Made by a program: the position numbers and the translations under genes
Notes under the pieces: generated by a model
Seen by the model: the letters and a program-made list of their open reading frames with translations, nothing else
Database searches by the model: none
Told to the model about the DNA's origin: nothing
Shown here: in pieces, positions 55,028 through 63,152 of the stretch
How the letters are laid out: the number at the start of each line of letters is the position of its first letter
Position numbering within the stretch: the first letter of the stretch is position 1
DNA from: an uncultured Chitinophagaceae bacterium
Lineage (GTDB): Bacteria; Bacteroidota; Bacteroidia; Chitinophagales; CAIOSU01
Reading direction: 5' to 3'
Length of the DNA stretch: 63,152 bases
Assembly (NCBI GenBank): GCA_964502525.1
Contig: CAZCXH010000005.1
Coordinates: 1 to 63,152, forward strand

Positions 55028-56167
55028 CTAAACAACTCTCACCAGTCCATAAGAATAGCTGAACCTTGCGCTTTCAGGCACCATCAGCAGGATGCTTTCG
55101 CCTGATTGCAACCTGCCGGAATGGAACAGTTCATTCAGCATCAGGTAAACCGAGGCGGAGCCGACATTGCCCACGCGCGGCAGATTATAGAACCATTTGG
55201 AGCGATCAATATGCACACCAATGCTTTCCAAGCCTTTCGCTACCCGTTCAACAAAATATTCAGATGAAAGATGCGGCAGGAGGTAATCCACGGAAGATGC
55301 ATCGAAGTTTCTCTTAGTCATGATCCTTTTCAGGGCTAACCCACCGTATTTCACGATGTTTTCTCCGAGCATTTTTACATCCTGCTTCATGGCAAACACC
55401 GAACTGTCAAGCCATCCCTGCGGGTTATACTTTTTCCAGCCTATCACTTCCCCGCCATTCAGCTTCTCCCCGCCAGCATACATGCATGATGCCAGTTCGT
55501 TGGCAAACGAAACGTTTTCAATCCATTCGATTTCAAGAGAAAGATCCTCAGAAGACTCCGGTTGCAATAGGGCAGCGCCAGCCCCATCGGAAAGCATCCA
55601 CCGCAGAAAATCTTTTTCAAAAGCTATTATCGGGTCTTCCATCAACTGGGCAAGCTTCTTTGATTCTTCCTCAAAATACTGGGACCTGAATATCGGGGAC
55701 AATAGCTCGGAACCGAGGCTGACGGCATTCTTTGCATTGCCTGCCAAGACGGAAAGGTATGCGTAATTCAGGGCATGCATCCCTGCGCTGCACGCGCCCG
55801 AAGGAGAGATGATGTCCATCGGCCTGCCGCCCAATTCGCCATGAACCATTGACGCATGCGAAGGCAGCATCTGGTCAACCATTGAGGTGCCGCAGGCGAG
55901 CAGGTCAATATCTTCAACACCGAATTCATCATCAAACAGCCCGCGTACCGCGTTGGCTGCCATCTGGGCGTTGGTGTGCGTGATATTCCCCTGCTTATCC
56001 AGTCCATAATAGCGCGTCTTGATGCCGTTGTTTCTTAAAACAACCTGCCTGGACTTGGAAGGCTTGCCATTGACGCGCCCCAGGTAATACTCCATTTCAT
56101 CGTTTGAAACGGCATCGTTTGGGAAATAGGCGGACAGCCTTGTTATGTAAACTCTCGCTTTCAACAA
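55028..56167 (-). CDS. darB: KAS III-like dialkylresorcinol condensing enzyme
   Basis: It has the active-site Cys context PSGACSAGMHALNYA and lies next to darA. The start is uncertain: there is no ATG near the expected N-terminus (..LLKARVYITRLSAYFPND..), so a TTG at ~56164-56167 is likely. The track ORF start at 56299 is an over-extension. Confidence 0.75.
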   Translation of the reverse strand: MLKARVYITRLSAYFPNDAVSNDEMEYYLGRVNGKPSKSRQVVLRNNGIKTRYYGLDKQGNITHTNAQMAANAVRGLFDDEFGVEDIDLLACGTSMVDQMLPSHASMVHGELGGRPMDIISPSGACSAGMHALNYAYLSVLAGNAKNAVSLGSELLSPIFRSQYFEEESKKLAQLMEDPIIAFEKDFLRWMLSDGAGAALLQPESSEDLSLEIEWIENVSFANELASCMYAGGEKLNGGEVIGWKKYNPQGWLDSSVFAMKQDVKMLGENIVKYGGLALKRIMTKRNFDASSVDYLLPHLSSEYFVERVAKGLESIGVHIDRSKWFYNLPRVGNVGSASVYLMLNELFHSGRLQSGESILLMVPESARFSYSYGLVRVV

Positions 56168-56297
56168 CTGGAATCGGTTCCGAAAAATCGCACTCAAAAT
56201 TAGCTGGAGTTTGTTGCGGAAGCAAATAATGAAGTTGGGTGATTGTAAACAAGTCAAAGGAGCATTATATGTTTCTGAAAAGCCTAACTTAGCGAAC

Positions 56298-56678
56298 ATG
56301 AGATATACGGAAGCAAGACGATATATCGCAAATGCAAAAGAAATCCTCCGGGAAAAAGCGGGAAGGGAAAATGGTCGTTATTCCGACCGGAAATATGTTC
56401 AGATGGCAGGTAATACTGCATGGAACGGTGTTCTCTATGCCGTCAATACCTGGCTGAAAGCTAAGAATATTGAACGCCCTGCGCAACCACGGCCGGATGT
56501 AGAATGGTACCAAATGCATCTATCCAAACACAACCGAAAACTTAATAAGCATTTTACAGATGCGTATGATATCCTGCATAAATATCTGGGCTATGACGGA
56601 GCGCTGGATGCCAGCATCTCAAGGGCAGGACTTAGCCATGCTGAAAGTCTCATCTCTATTTGTGAGAAAGACTCATAA
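56298..56678 (+). CDS. DUF5618-like small helical protein, antisense to the pigment operon
   Basis: The ATG at 56298 gives MRYTEARRYIANAKEILREKAGRENGRYSDRKYVQMAGNTAWNGVLYAV...AYDILHKYLGYDGAL. From memory this matches the Bacteroidota DUF5618 family. Its stop overlaps the darA stop by 6 nt. Confidence 0.55.
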   Translation: MRYTEARRYIANAKEILREKAGRENGRYSDRKYVQMAGNTAWNGVLYAVNTWLKAKNIERPAQPRPDVEWYQMHLSKHNRKLNKHFTDAYDILHKYLGYDGALDASISRAGLSHAESLISICEKDS

Positions 56679-57599
56679 AGTGACGGACTTGTTGCCGAGA
56701 TAATACTGAACCTTCCTCTCGATGGAATCTTTGCTGAGTTTGATTTTCAGGAAAGTCAGCAGCGTAGTGATTGGGGATAAAACAAAAACACCCAGCGGAA
56801 GAAGAACAAGGAGCAGGAACACCCTGAATCTTCTCCTTGGATCATCGGGCTTGCCCTTGCTGCCAATAAAGTTCGCCCATAGCTTAAACGCCTTTGCGCC
56901 CCTGCCCTCCAATACCATCAGGTTCGGCTTGATTTCCACGGCTCCGCCTTTGTTCAAGGTGGACTGAAGGCTGTCCCATTGATTTGTTTTTAAAGCATTG
57001 ATTATCGGATTCCCGAATCTTTCCGCATTTCTGATATCCTCGTCCGATACTCCGGAAGCCGGAAAAATCTTCAGAAATCCCGATTTTTTCCCGTAAATGA
57101 GCCACCCTATCACCGTGACGAGGCTGACGAGGTTACCGGCATTGTCTGTCAATACAATATTCCCGGCAAGCCTGCCGCCCGCATCATCAATACGCTTTTT
57201 TACTTTCTCCTGGGCGTTGAGCCACATGTTCCTGCATCCGATGATGGTGATGACCGGTTTGCCCTTAATGACTTTTCGTCCCTGTTCTGATTGAAGGAAT
57301 GAGGTTGCCGGAGTGGACGGAGAAAGATACCAGGGCTGGTAAGCCAGAATAATCAGGTCAAAATCCTCTGATGGATTGAAGGAGAAGGGCGCCAACTCGC
57401 ACGGCATTTCCTTCACGATCTCAGGCATGGCGTTGAAAAAGTTCATTGCGCCCCAGGGAAAAGGGAAGGGGACTTGGGGTTTCAACTCCTCAAATATCAA
57501 TTTTATGTCAGTTTGCTGCTTCAGCGGGTTCAGTACGGAATGTACTATTCGTGTCAACTGACCGGTTTGGGAGAAATGGATGACTAAGATTTTCTTCAC
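56673..57599 (-). CDS. darA: dialkylresorcinol condensing enzyme DarA
   Basis: It has a flavodoxin-like N-terminus, MKKILVIHFSQTGQLTRIV, and a C-terminal TM segment. It is paired with a KAS III-like gene. Confidence 0.75.
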   Translation of the reverse strand: MKKILVIHFSQTGQLTRIVHSVLNPLKQQTDIKLIFEELKPQVPFPFPWGAMNFFNAMPEIVKEMPCELAPFSFNPSEDFDLIILAYQPWYLSPSTPATSFLQSEQGRKVIKGKPVITIIGCRNMWLNAQEKVKKRIDDAGGRLAGNIVLTDNAGNLVSLVTVIGWLIYGKKSGFLKIFPASGVSDEDIRNAERFGNPIINALKTNQWDSLQSTLNKGGAVEIKPNLMVLEGRGAKAFKLWANFIGSKGKPDDPRRRFRVFLLLVLLPLGVFVLSPITTLLTFLKIKLSKDSIERKVQYYLGNKSVTL

Positions 57600-57621
57600 A
57601 ATGGCCTTCAGAATCCGGTTC

Positions 57622-57960
57622 CTACTGTCCGTTTTTGATTAGCGCCACAACTTTGCTTACCACGTCTTTTATCTTTTGTTCTTTCAATACACCCGCTTTC
57701 CGGATAATTATTTTCTTATCAGCGGTGAAAATCCGGTTAGGTCTAATATTGCTCTCCATCACCAATTGACCGGTTCTAAAATCCGATGCTCTCAGAACAA
57801 CGGAATAATCATCCTTGACCGTTTGACTTGTAATCTGACAAAGGATAATATCATCTCCCTGGAGATCGGCTAAAACAAATGCGGGACGTTTTTTGGCTCC
57901 GCTCAAATCGGAGAAGGGGAAGGGTACGATAACAATTTCACCCTTTACAAATTTTTCCAT
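57622..57960 (-). CDS. mazF: MazF/PemK-family endoribonuclease toxin
   Basis: KGEIVIVPFPFSDLSGAKKRPAFVLADLQGDDIILCQITSQ is a canonical MazF/PemK N-terminal pattern. Confidence 0.85.
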   Translation of the reverse strand: MEKFVKGEIVIVPFPFSDLSGAKKRPAFVLADLQGDDIILCQITSQTVKDDYSVVLRASDFRTGQLVMESNIRPNRIFTADKKIIIRKAGVLKEQKIKDVVSKVVALIKNGQ

Positions 57961-58160
57961 GCTTCGTCTTCTTCCGGCCTGAGCCAGTCTTTGGCAAGAG
58001 ATGATTGACTTGCGATATCAGTTTGAATTTTATCTTCTCCCGCGCGGAACTTCAGATAATTGAGATAAGAACGCACTTCGTCCAAATAATAATCAGGAAT
58101 ATTCTTGATCTCCTCCTCAATTTTTTTGCGCTGACTCCGTATCCTTTGATTTGTTCTCAT
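57945..58160 (-). CDS. putative antitoxin of the MazF toxin
   Basis: Small ORF overlapping the toxin start by 16 nt. It has an acidic C-terminal tail, LAKDWLRPEEDEAWKNL. The start is the ATG at 58160 or the TTG at 58175. Confidence 0.6.
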   Translation of the reverse strand: MRTNQRIRSQRKKIEEEIKNIPDYYLDEVRSYLNYLKFRAGEDKIQTDIASQSSLAKDWLRPEEDEAWKNL

Positions 58161-58190
58161 TGCCGTATCTGCCAACCAATTTAATCTTTT

Positions 58191-59069
58191 TCAGATTAAT
58201 TCTATTTTTTTCCAGAACCGGTAAAAGTTGAACCACTGATATGGGTATTTTAAAATCATTTTTTCGAGCGTTTCTGCATATTCCTTTACCATTGCGTCAA
58301 TCCCGTTCTGATTTATTTTTCCCGGAGTGGCATAAAGGTGATAATGCGTTTGGGTTTCTTTTAAACCGAAAACAAAAATGTAGGGCACTTTAAGCTTTGT
58401 TGCCAACTGAAAAGGACCTTTCGGAAACTCGGCAGGCTTCCCAAAGAAATCACAAGTTACTGTTTTACTTCCTTCCACAAAGCGGTCGCCATGCATGCAC
58501 ACAAGTTCCTTATTTGCGATTGCTTTGCTGATTTCAAACAGGTGGGACATGTCTTCTTTGACTGTAATGATCCTTATGGTTTTTCTGACTTCGAGTTTAT
58601 CAAGATAGTTCTTGATTTTCTCGCGCTCCGCATCAAACATTACGATGTTTATGACCGCATCTATCTCGCGCAAGAAATGACCGGCAATATCCCAGTTGCC
58701 CACATGACCGCTTATGAGAATGCCGCCCTGCTTGTCAGCAGCCATTTTAACAAGGTTAGCCCGGCCATCGAAATGATAGGTGAATCGGTTGGGAAAGCCC
58801 GCAAAGAGCACAACCTTGTCAATGATCGTCTGCCCGAAAACATAGAAATTTTTATAGATGCCGATGATGGATTTCAGCTTGCCGTAACCCAAGATTTTAT
58901 GGAAATAAAAGAAGTTCGCCCGGAATGCGGAAGGTGATGAAAGGAAAAAATAGAAAGCAACGAAGCGCAGCAGGAGGTAAGCGGGAGAAAGCCCGAAATT
59001 TTTAAGGAGAAATTCGAAAATCCTATACCCAAGAACACTGCCCCGGGATTTACCTGCCCAGGTGGACAT
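58191..59069 (-). CDS. LpxL/lysophospholipid-type acyltransferase
   Basis: It has the HX4D acyltransferase motif (GHVGNWD), an N-terminal hydrophobic anchor, and sits directly after the ACP gene. Confidence 0.75.
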   Translation of the reverse strand: MSTWAGKSRGSVLGYRIFEFLLKNFGLSPAYLLLRFVAFYFFLSSPSAFRANFFYFHKILGYGKLKSIIGIYKNFYVFGQTIIDKVVLFAGFPNRFTYHFDGRANLVKMAADKQGGILISGHVGNWDIAGHFLREIDAVINIVMFDAEREKIKNYLDKLEVRKTIRIITVKEDMSHLFEISKAIANKELVCMHGDRFVEGSKTVTCDFFGKPAEFPKGPFQLATKLKVPYIFVFGLKETQTHYHLYATPGKINQNGIDAMVKEYAETLEKMILKYPYQWFNFYRFWKKIELI

Positions 59070-59329
59070 TAATTCTCAACTGCCGTTTGGTTCACTCTCG
59101 CTTCAATATAGTCATAGAAGTCCCGGAAGGATGCGATGGTCTTGAAATCTTCAGCGTTTACCTTGAAACCGAAGTTGTTCTCGATGACCACTACCATATC
59201 CACATAGTCGAGGCTGTCCAATTCGAGCGTTTCCTTGAGGTTTGCTTCCGGCTGAATTTTTCCTCTTTCAACCTCGAATTCCTCCACCAAAAAATCGTTG
59301 ATGGTGCTGATGATCTCTTCTCTTGTCAT
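59069..59329 (-). CDS. acyl carrier protein
   Basis: 86-aa acidic ORF with the phosphopantetheine site LELDSLDYVDMV. Confidence 0.85.
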   Translation of the reverse strand: MTREEIISTINDFLVEEFEVERGKIQPEANLKETLELDSLDYVDMVVVIENNFGFKVNAEDFKTIASFRDFYDYIEARVNQTAVEN

Positions 59330-59337
59330 TCCGATCG

Positions 59338-60561
59338 CTAATTTCTAAATTTTTTGATTATCAATGATGAGTTTGTTCCACCGAAGCCGAAGGAATTGGA
59401 TAAAAAAATGTCAATGTTCCGTTCAATGGTTTTGTGTGCAATGTTCAGCTTCGCGGTGTCGTCATCAGGATTTTCAAAGTTAATATTTGGAGCGATGAAA
59501 GACTTGCGCATCATCAGCATTGAATAAACCACCTCGCTTGCGCCCGCCATCCAGCATTCATGGCCGGTCATTGATTTGGTGGAACTTACCAGAGGCCGCG
59601 AATCTCCAAACACTTTGTCAATTGCCAAAGCTTCGAAGCGGTCGCCAATCGGAGTTGACGTTGCATGCGCATTGATGTAATCAACTTCCTTTGCGCTGAT
59701 GTTCGCATCCTTCAAAGACATCTCAAGCGCCCTTGCCGGACCTTCTACGCTGGGTTGAGAGATATGACCTGCATTGGAGGAAAAGCCGTAACCAATCACT
59801 TCAGCGAGTATGGGCGCATTTCTTTTTTTTGCAAATTCATAATCTTCAAGAATCAAGGTAGCTGCTCCGCCACTTGGCACCAGTCCATCCCGGCATCTGT
59901 CAAACGGACGTGATGCTTTTTGCGGCTCCGATTCCCGGACAGAAAAAGCGCTGATGCCGTCAAAGCTTCCCATTGAATAAGGATGAATCTCCTGCGCTCC
60001 CCCGCAGATGATGTTTTTTTGGTATCCATGTCGGATCATCAGATAACCCATCCCTATTGCATGGGAGCCGCTGGCGCAGGCACCGCTCACGGTGAAGTTG
60101 ATGCCCTTCAGTTTGAAGATGGTGGCGAGGTTCATCGTTACCGTTGAGTTCATGGACTGGAAAATGGAACCTGAACCGAGCAAAGTGGTATCTTTCTTTT
60201 CCCTAATGACATCAATAGACTCTATTACCGCTTTGGCTGAGCTATCGTTGCCATAAAGGATTCCCGCTTCATTTTGCTCAAGATATGCTTCATCAAGCTT
60301 TGCCATCTTAAGGGCTTCCAGCGTTGCGATATAAGCGAACTCGCCTTCTTCCGCCATTCCAACCCGCTGCTTTCTGTGCAGGAGTTCCTTGAGATTCGGT
60401 CGTTCCACGATGCCGGTGAGCGCTGACCTGAATCCCATTTTCTTGCGCCCTTCATCATAGCCGATTCCGGATTTCCCCTTATAAAGAGACTGAGTCACCT
60501 CATCCAGATTTTTCCCGATGCAGGAATAAATGCCGATGCCGGTGATGACTACTCTGTTCAT
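59338..60561 (-). CDS. beta-ketoacyl-ACP synthase (KAS I/II type)
   Basis: It has the active-site Cys GACASGSHAIG, the His motifs INAHATSTPIGD and MTGHECWMAGA, and a C-terminal SNSFGFGGTNSSL. Confidence 0.9.
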   Translation of the reverse strand: MNRVVITGIGIYSCIGKNLDEVTQSLYKGKSGIGYDEGRKKMGFRSALTGIVERPNLKELLHRKQRVGMAEEGEFAYIATLEALKMAKLDEAYLEQNEAGILYGNDSSAKAVIESIDVIREKKDTTLLGSGSIFQSMNSTVTMNLATIFKLKGINFTVSGACASGSHAIGMGYLMIRHGYQKNIICGGAQEIHPYSMGSFDGISAFSVRESEPQKASRPFDRCRDGLVPSGGAATLILEDYEFAKKRNAPILAEVIGYGFSSNAGHISQPSVEGPARALEMSLKDANISAKEVDYINAHATSTPIGDRFEALAIDKVFGDSRPLVSSTKSMTGHECWMAGASEVVYSMLMMRKSFIAPNINFENPDDDTAKLNIAHKTIERNIDIFLSNSFGFGGTNSSLIIKKFRN

Positions 60562-60565
60562 GTAT

Positions 60566-60595
60566 GTTTACGGTTTACGGTTCACCTGTTTACGG
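60566..60595. repeat. GTTTACGG-family repeat cluster
   Basis: GTTTACGGTTTACGGTTCACCTGTTTACGG lies immediately upstream of the KS start. An inverted AAACCGTAAAC is at 60717-60727, so the two bracket R3 copy Y. Confidence 0.6.
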
Positions 60596-60615
60596 TTTTT
60601 TGGAAGCGTCAGATG

Positions 60616-60718
60616 TATACCAAGAGTAGTCGAATTTCCGGAGGAAAGAGACGTACTCTTGGTTAATACCGAACATTCACAGTTCAATTGTTCGAAAACC
60701 TGACTTGTTTCGGTATAA
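60616..60718 (-). repeat. structured ~103-nt repeat, family R3 (copy Y, inverted relative to copy X)
   Basis: See 52832-52934. Stem 2 here reads CCAAGAGTA...TACTCTTGG, which is a compensatory G:C to A:T change relative to copy X. Confidence 0.85.
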
Positions 60719-60729
60719 ACCGTAAACTT

Positions 60730-61458
60730 TTAAGTGTACAACCCGCCATTAATATTAATCACTTCCCCCGTGATGTATGATGATTTTTCGGAGGCGAGGA
60801 AGCCTACCAGCTCAGCTACCTCTTCCGGAGTGCCGAACCGCTGAACCGGAATCATCGCCTTGAAAGCTTTCTCGTCAATATCCGAAGTCATGTCCGTGGC
60901 GATAAAGCCGGGAGCCACCGCGTTCACCGTAATATTTCTTTTGCCGACTTCCTGAGCCAGCGATTTGGTGGCGCCAATCAATCCGGCTTTTGCCGCAGCA
61001 TAATTGATTTGTCCCGGGTTCCCTTTCACACCGGAGAGAGATACCATATTGATTATCCGTCCATAACGTTTGAGCAGCATATCCTTCAGCACAAACTTCG
61101 TGACATAAAAAAAACTGTTGAGGTTGGTGTCAATCACGCTCTGCCACTCTTCATCTTTCATCCACAGCATGAGGTTGTCTTTTTTGATTCCCGCATTGTT
61201 CACCAGCACCTCGATGGTTTCATCCTTGTGGTTTTCCTTCCATTTGCCGAGCGAAGACTCGACTTCATCTTTGTTTGACACATCAAATTTAAGCAACTCG
61301 CCAGCGCTGCCATTTTGTTTGATTTGCCGTAAGGTATCTTCGGCAGCATTTTCATTGGAGAGATAATTCACGATCACATGGAAACCCATCGCGCCAAGCT
61401 TCAGGCATACAGCCTTTCCGATTCCCCGCGAACCTCCCGTAACTAAAGCATGCTTCAT
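60730..61458 (-). CDS. fabG: 3-oxoacyl-ACP reductase (SDR)
   Basis: It has TGGSRGIGKA cofactor motif, NNAG and the catalytic YAAAKAG. Its start overlaps the ammonia-lyase stop (ATGA). Confidence 0.9.
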   Translation of the reverse strand: MKHALVTGGSRGIGKAVCLKLGAMGFHVIVNYLSNENAAEDTLRQIKQNGSAGELLKFDVSNKDEVESSLGKWKENHKDETIEVLVNNAGIKKDNLMLWMKDEEWQSVIDTNLNSFFYVTKFVLKDMLLKRYGRIINMVSLSGVKGNPGQINYAAAKAGLIGATKSLAQEVGKRNITVNAVAPGFIATDMTSDIDEKAFKAMIPVQRFGTPEEVAELVGFLASEKSSYITGEVININGGLYT

Positions 61459-63023
61459 TCAACCAGATTCAGCCGGTTATTGACAATGTAATCGCGCACC
61501 TTGGTGATGTCGCGGTGCTTCACGGAATCAGCAATAAACTTAGGCACCATTTCGCGCAACACTTGATATGTATTCCTTGAAAAGGACGAAAGCCTGTCTT
61601 CGATATTCAAATAGTCAATGGCTTGCAGGATGGCGATGAACTCAATGGCTAACACCTGGTGGGAGTTATCAATTATCTTTTTGGCAATCAGCGATGCGTT
61701 GGCTCCCATGCTCACAATGTCCTGATTGTCGTTGTTGCTCGGAATGCTGTGGACATACATCGGGAATGAAAGCGTTTGGTTTTCTGCCGTAGTGGACGTG
61801 GCGGTGAACTGCGCTCCCTGCATGCCGAAGTTGAGACCTGGCTTGCCGAGGTTGACATAAGGAGGAAGTTTGTTGTTGTGCTTGTCATTAACGAGGAAGT
61901 TCAACTGCCTTTCCGAAAGCATGGAGAGCTTGGTGATGGCGATTTTCAGCTTGTCCATTTCGAGCGCGGCATAGTCGCCATGGAAATTGCCTCCGTGAAA
62001 CACATTTTGATTTTCGGCATCAATAACCGGGTTGTCATTCACGGAATTCACTTCATCAAGCAGCACCCTTTCCGCGTTGACGAGCGTGTCGTAAACAGGG
62101 CCCAAAATCTGCGGAACACAGCGCAGGGAATAGTATTCCTGCACCTTGTCTTTTAAGACATCCTCCTGAATCTTGCCGTTGTACAGGTAATCCTCTCTCC
62201 TCCTAACGAGGCGGCTGTCTTCCAGCAACTTCTTCATCACACCGGCAATCTTATTCTGCCCGATATGCTTTTTGACGATATTCAGTTCCTTGGAAAAGTG
62301 GTCGTCATAGGATTCCACAATCTCATTGATCATCACGGAAGCAGCCACCATCCAGTCAAGCAGATTTCCTGCACGGATGAGGTTGACGATGCCTATGCCG
62401 GTCATGGCTGCCGTGCCGTTCATGATGGCAAGCCCCTCGCGGATGTGAATTTTAATGGGGTCCAAGCCAGCGTCCTTCAAGACTTTTGCGGTGTCAGCTT
62501 TTTTGCCCTTGTAAACCACCTCGCCTTCACCGATGAGAGCAAGCCCAACATGAGCGAGTTGCACGAGGTCACCGCTGGCGCCCACGCTGCCGTGCTCGTA
62601 AATCTCAGGACAAATGCCGTTGTTGATAAAATCCCTGAGCAGCAAGGCTACTTCCTTATGGATGCCGGAATAGCCGAGCATGAGCGAGGCGAGGCGCACA
62701 GTCATTATAGAGCGGACATAAACCTCAGACAGCGGCTCGCCAATTCCCGCGCAATGACTGCGGATGAGGTTGTATTGGAGGTCAGTCAGGTCCTTGTCTT
62801 CAATCCTGTGCTGTGCCATGGATCCGAAGCCCGTGTTGACGCCATAGATCACCTTGCCTTTGGAGAATGACTTCAGGAACTCAAAGCTCTGCTCCAGCTT
62901 CCTGACGGCATATTCGCTCAGCTCGATTTTCTCGCCATTGAACAGAATCCAGTTAAAGCAGTCGAGGGTAAGGGGCTTGTCTCCGCACTTCACCACATGG
63001 CTCTTGAGGGTTGCGTTCGGCAT
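61455..63023 (-). CDS. aromatic amino acid ammonia-lyase (HAL/TAL family, MIO-dependent)
   Basis: It has the MIO-forming triad in GSVGASGDLVQLAH and an overall HAL/PAL family layout. It is the first gene of the visible pigment operon. Confidence 0.85.
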   Translation of the reverse strand: MPNATLKSHVVKCGDKPLTLDCFNWILFNGEKIELSEYAVRKLEQSFEFLKSFSKGKVIYGVNTGFGSMAQHRIEDKDLTDLQYNLIRSHCAGIGEPLSEVYVRSIMTVRLASLMLGYSGIHKEVALLLRDFINNGICPEIYEHGSVGASGDLVQLAHVGLALIGEGEVVYKGKKADTAKVLKDAGLDPIKIHIREGLAIMNGTAAMTGIGIVNLIRAGNLLDWMVAASVMINEIVESYDDHFSKELNIVKKHIGQNKIAGVMKKLLEDSRLVRRREDYLYNGKIQEDVLKDKVQEYYSLRCVPQILGPVYDTLVNAERVLLDEVNSVNDNPVIDAENQNVFHGGNFHGDYAALEMDKLKIAITKLSMLSERQLNFLVNDKHNNKLPPYVNLGKPGLNFGMQGAQFTATSTTAENQTLSFPMYVHSIPSNNDNQDIVSMGANASLIAKKIIDNSHQVLAIEFIAILQAIDYLNIEDRLSSFSRNTYQVLREMVPKFIADSVKHRDITKVRDYIVNNRLNLVE

Positions 63024-63152
63024 GCAGGTATCAGTTCCGGTTTGCTTGATTTTGGATGCGCCAATTTACAACAAAATATTCTTGCATGCCGAAACAACTC
63101 AGGGCAATCGCATCAAAAATAGGACAAGGGCAAAGGAGCTACTTGAAAAGTA

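Noticed and set aside
56168-56299. Long N-terminal extension of darB (track start at 56299), and the 56211 start of the plus-strand ORF.
   Set aside because: The extensions overlap each other on opposite strands, and the extra residues have no counterpart in KAS III-like or DUF5618-like proteins as I know them. Shorter starts were chosen, and the darB start remains uncertain.

Overview
This 63-kb chromosomal window is from a Bacteroidota genome. The evidence is T9SS C-terminal sorting domains, a TonB-dependent receptor, darA/darB flexirubin-type pigment genes and stacked palindromic intergenic repeats. Most of it is ordinary chromosome: amidohydrolases, a sodium:solute symporter, gltX, tRNA-Ala(CGC), a molybdenum-cofactor operon with a fused aldehyde-oxidoreductase-type Mo enzyme, an envelope-modification operon, OmpA and T9SS cargo proteins, and an ABC exporter. 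Accessory material is concentrated in four places. (1) 3.1-7.0 kb: a cargo insertion splits an amidohydrolase gene pair. It carries a PIN toxin-antitoxin pair, dinD, a frameshifted OmpA-domain remnant and a NucS-like PD-(D/E)xK nuclease fusion. (2) 11.9-12.5 kb: a HepT/MntA module. (3) 27.3-30.0 kb: a solo 909-aa STAND/NLR-like NTPase with a DUF4062-like head and a TPR tail. This is my best candidate for an uncharacterised defence gene. (4) 50.4-63.0 kb, minus strand: part of a flexirubin/dialkylresorcinol cluster. It is interrupted by a MazEF module and by an antisense DUF5618-like gene, and a structured ~103-nt repeat occurs in inverted orientation on both sides of its 7.7-kb core. At least four small repeat families are visible, and two of them show compensatory base changes that preserve hairpins. 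I found no CRISPR array, rRNA, integrase or transposase. All homology calls come from motif recognition by eye, and no searches were run.
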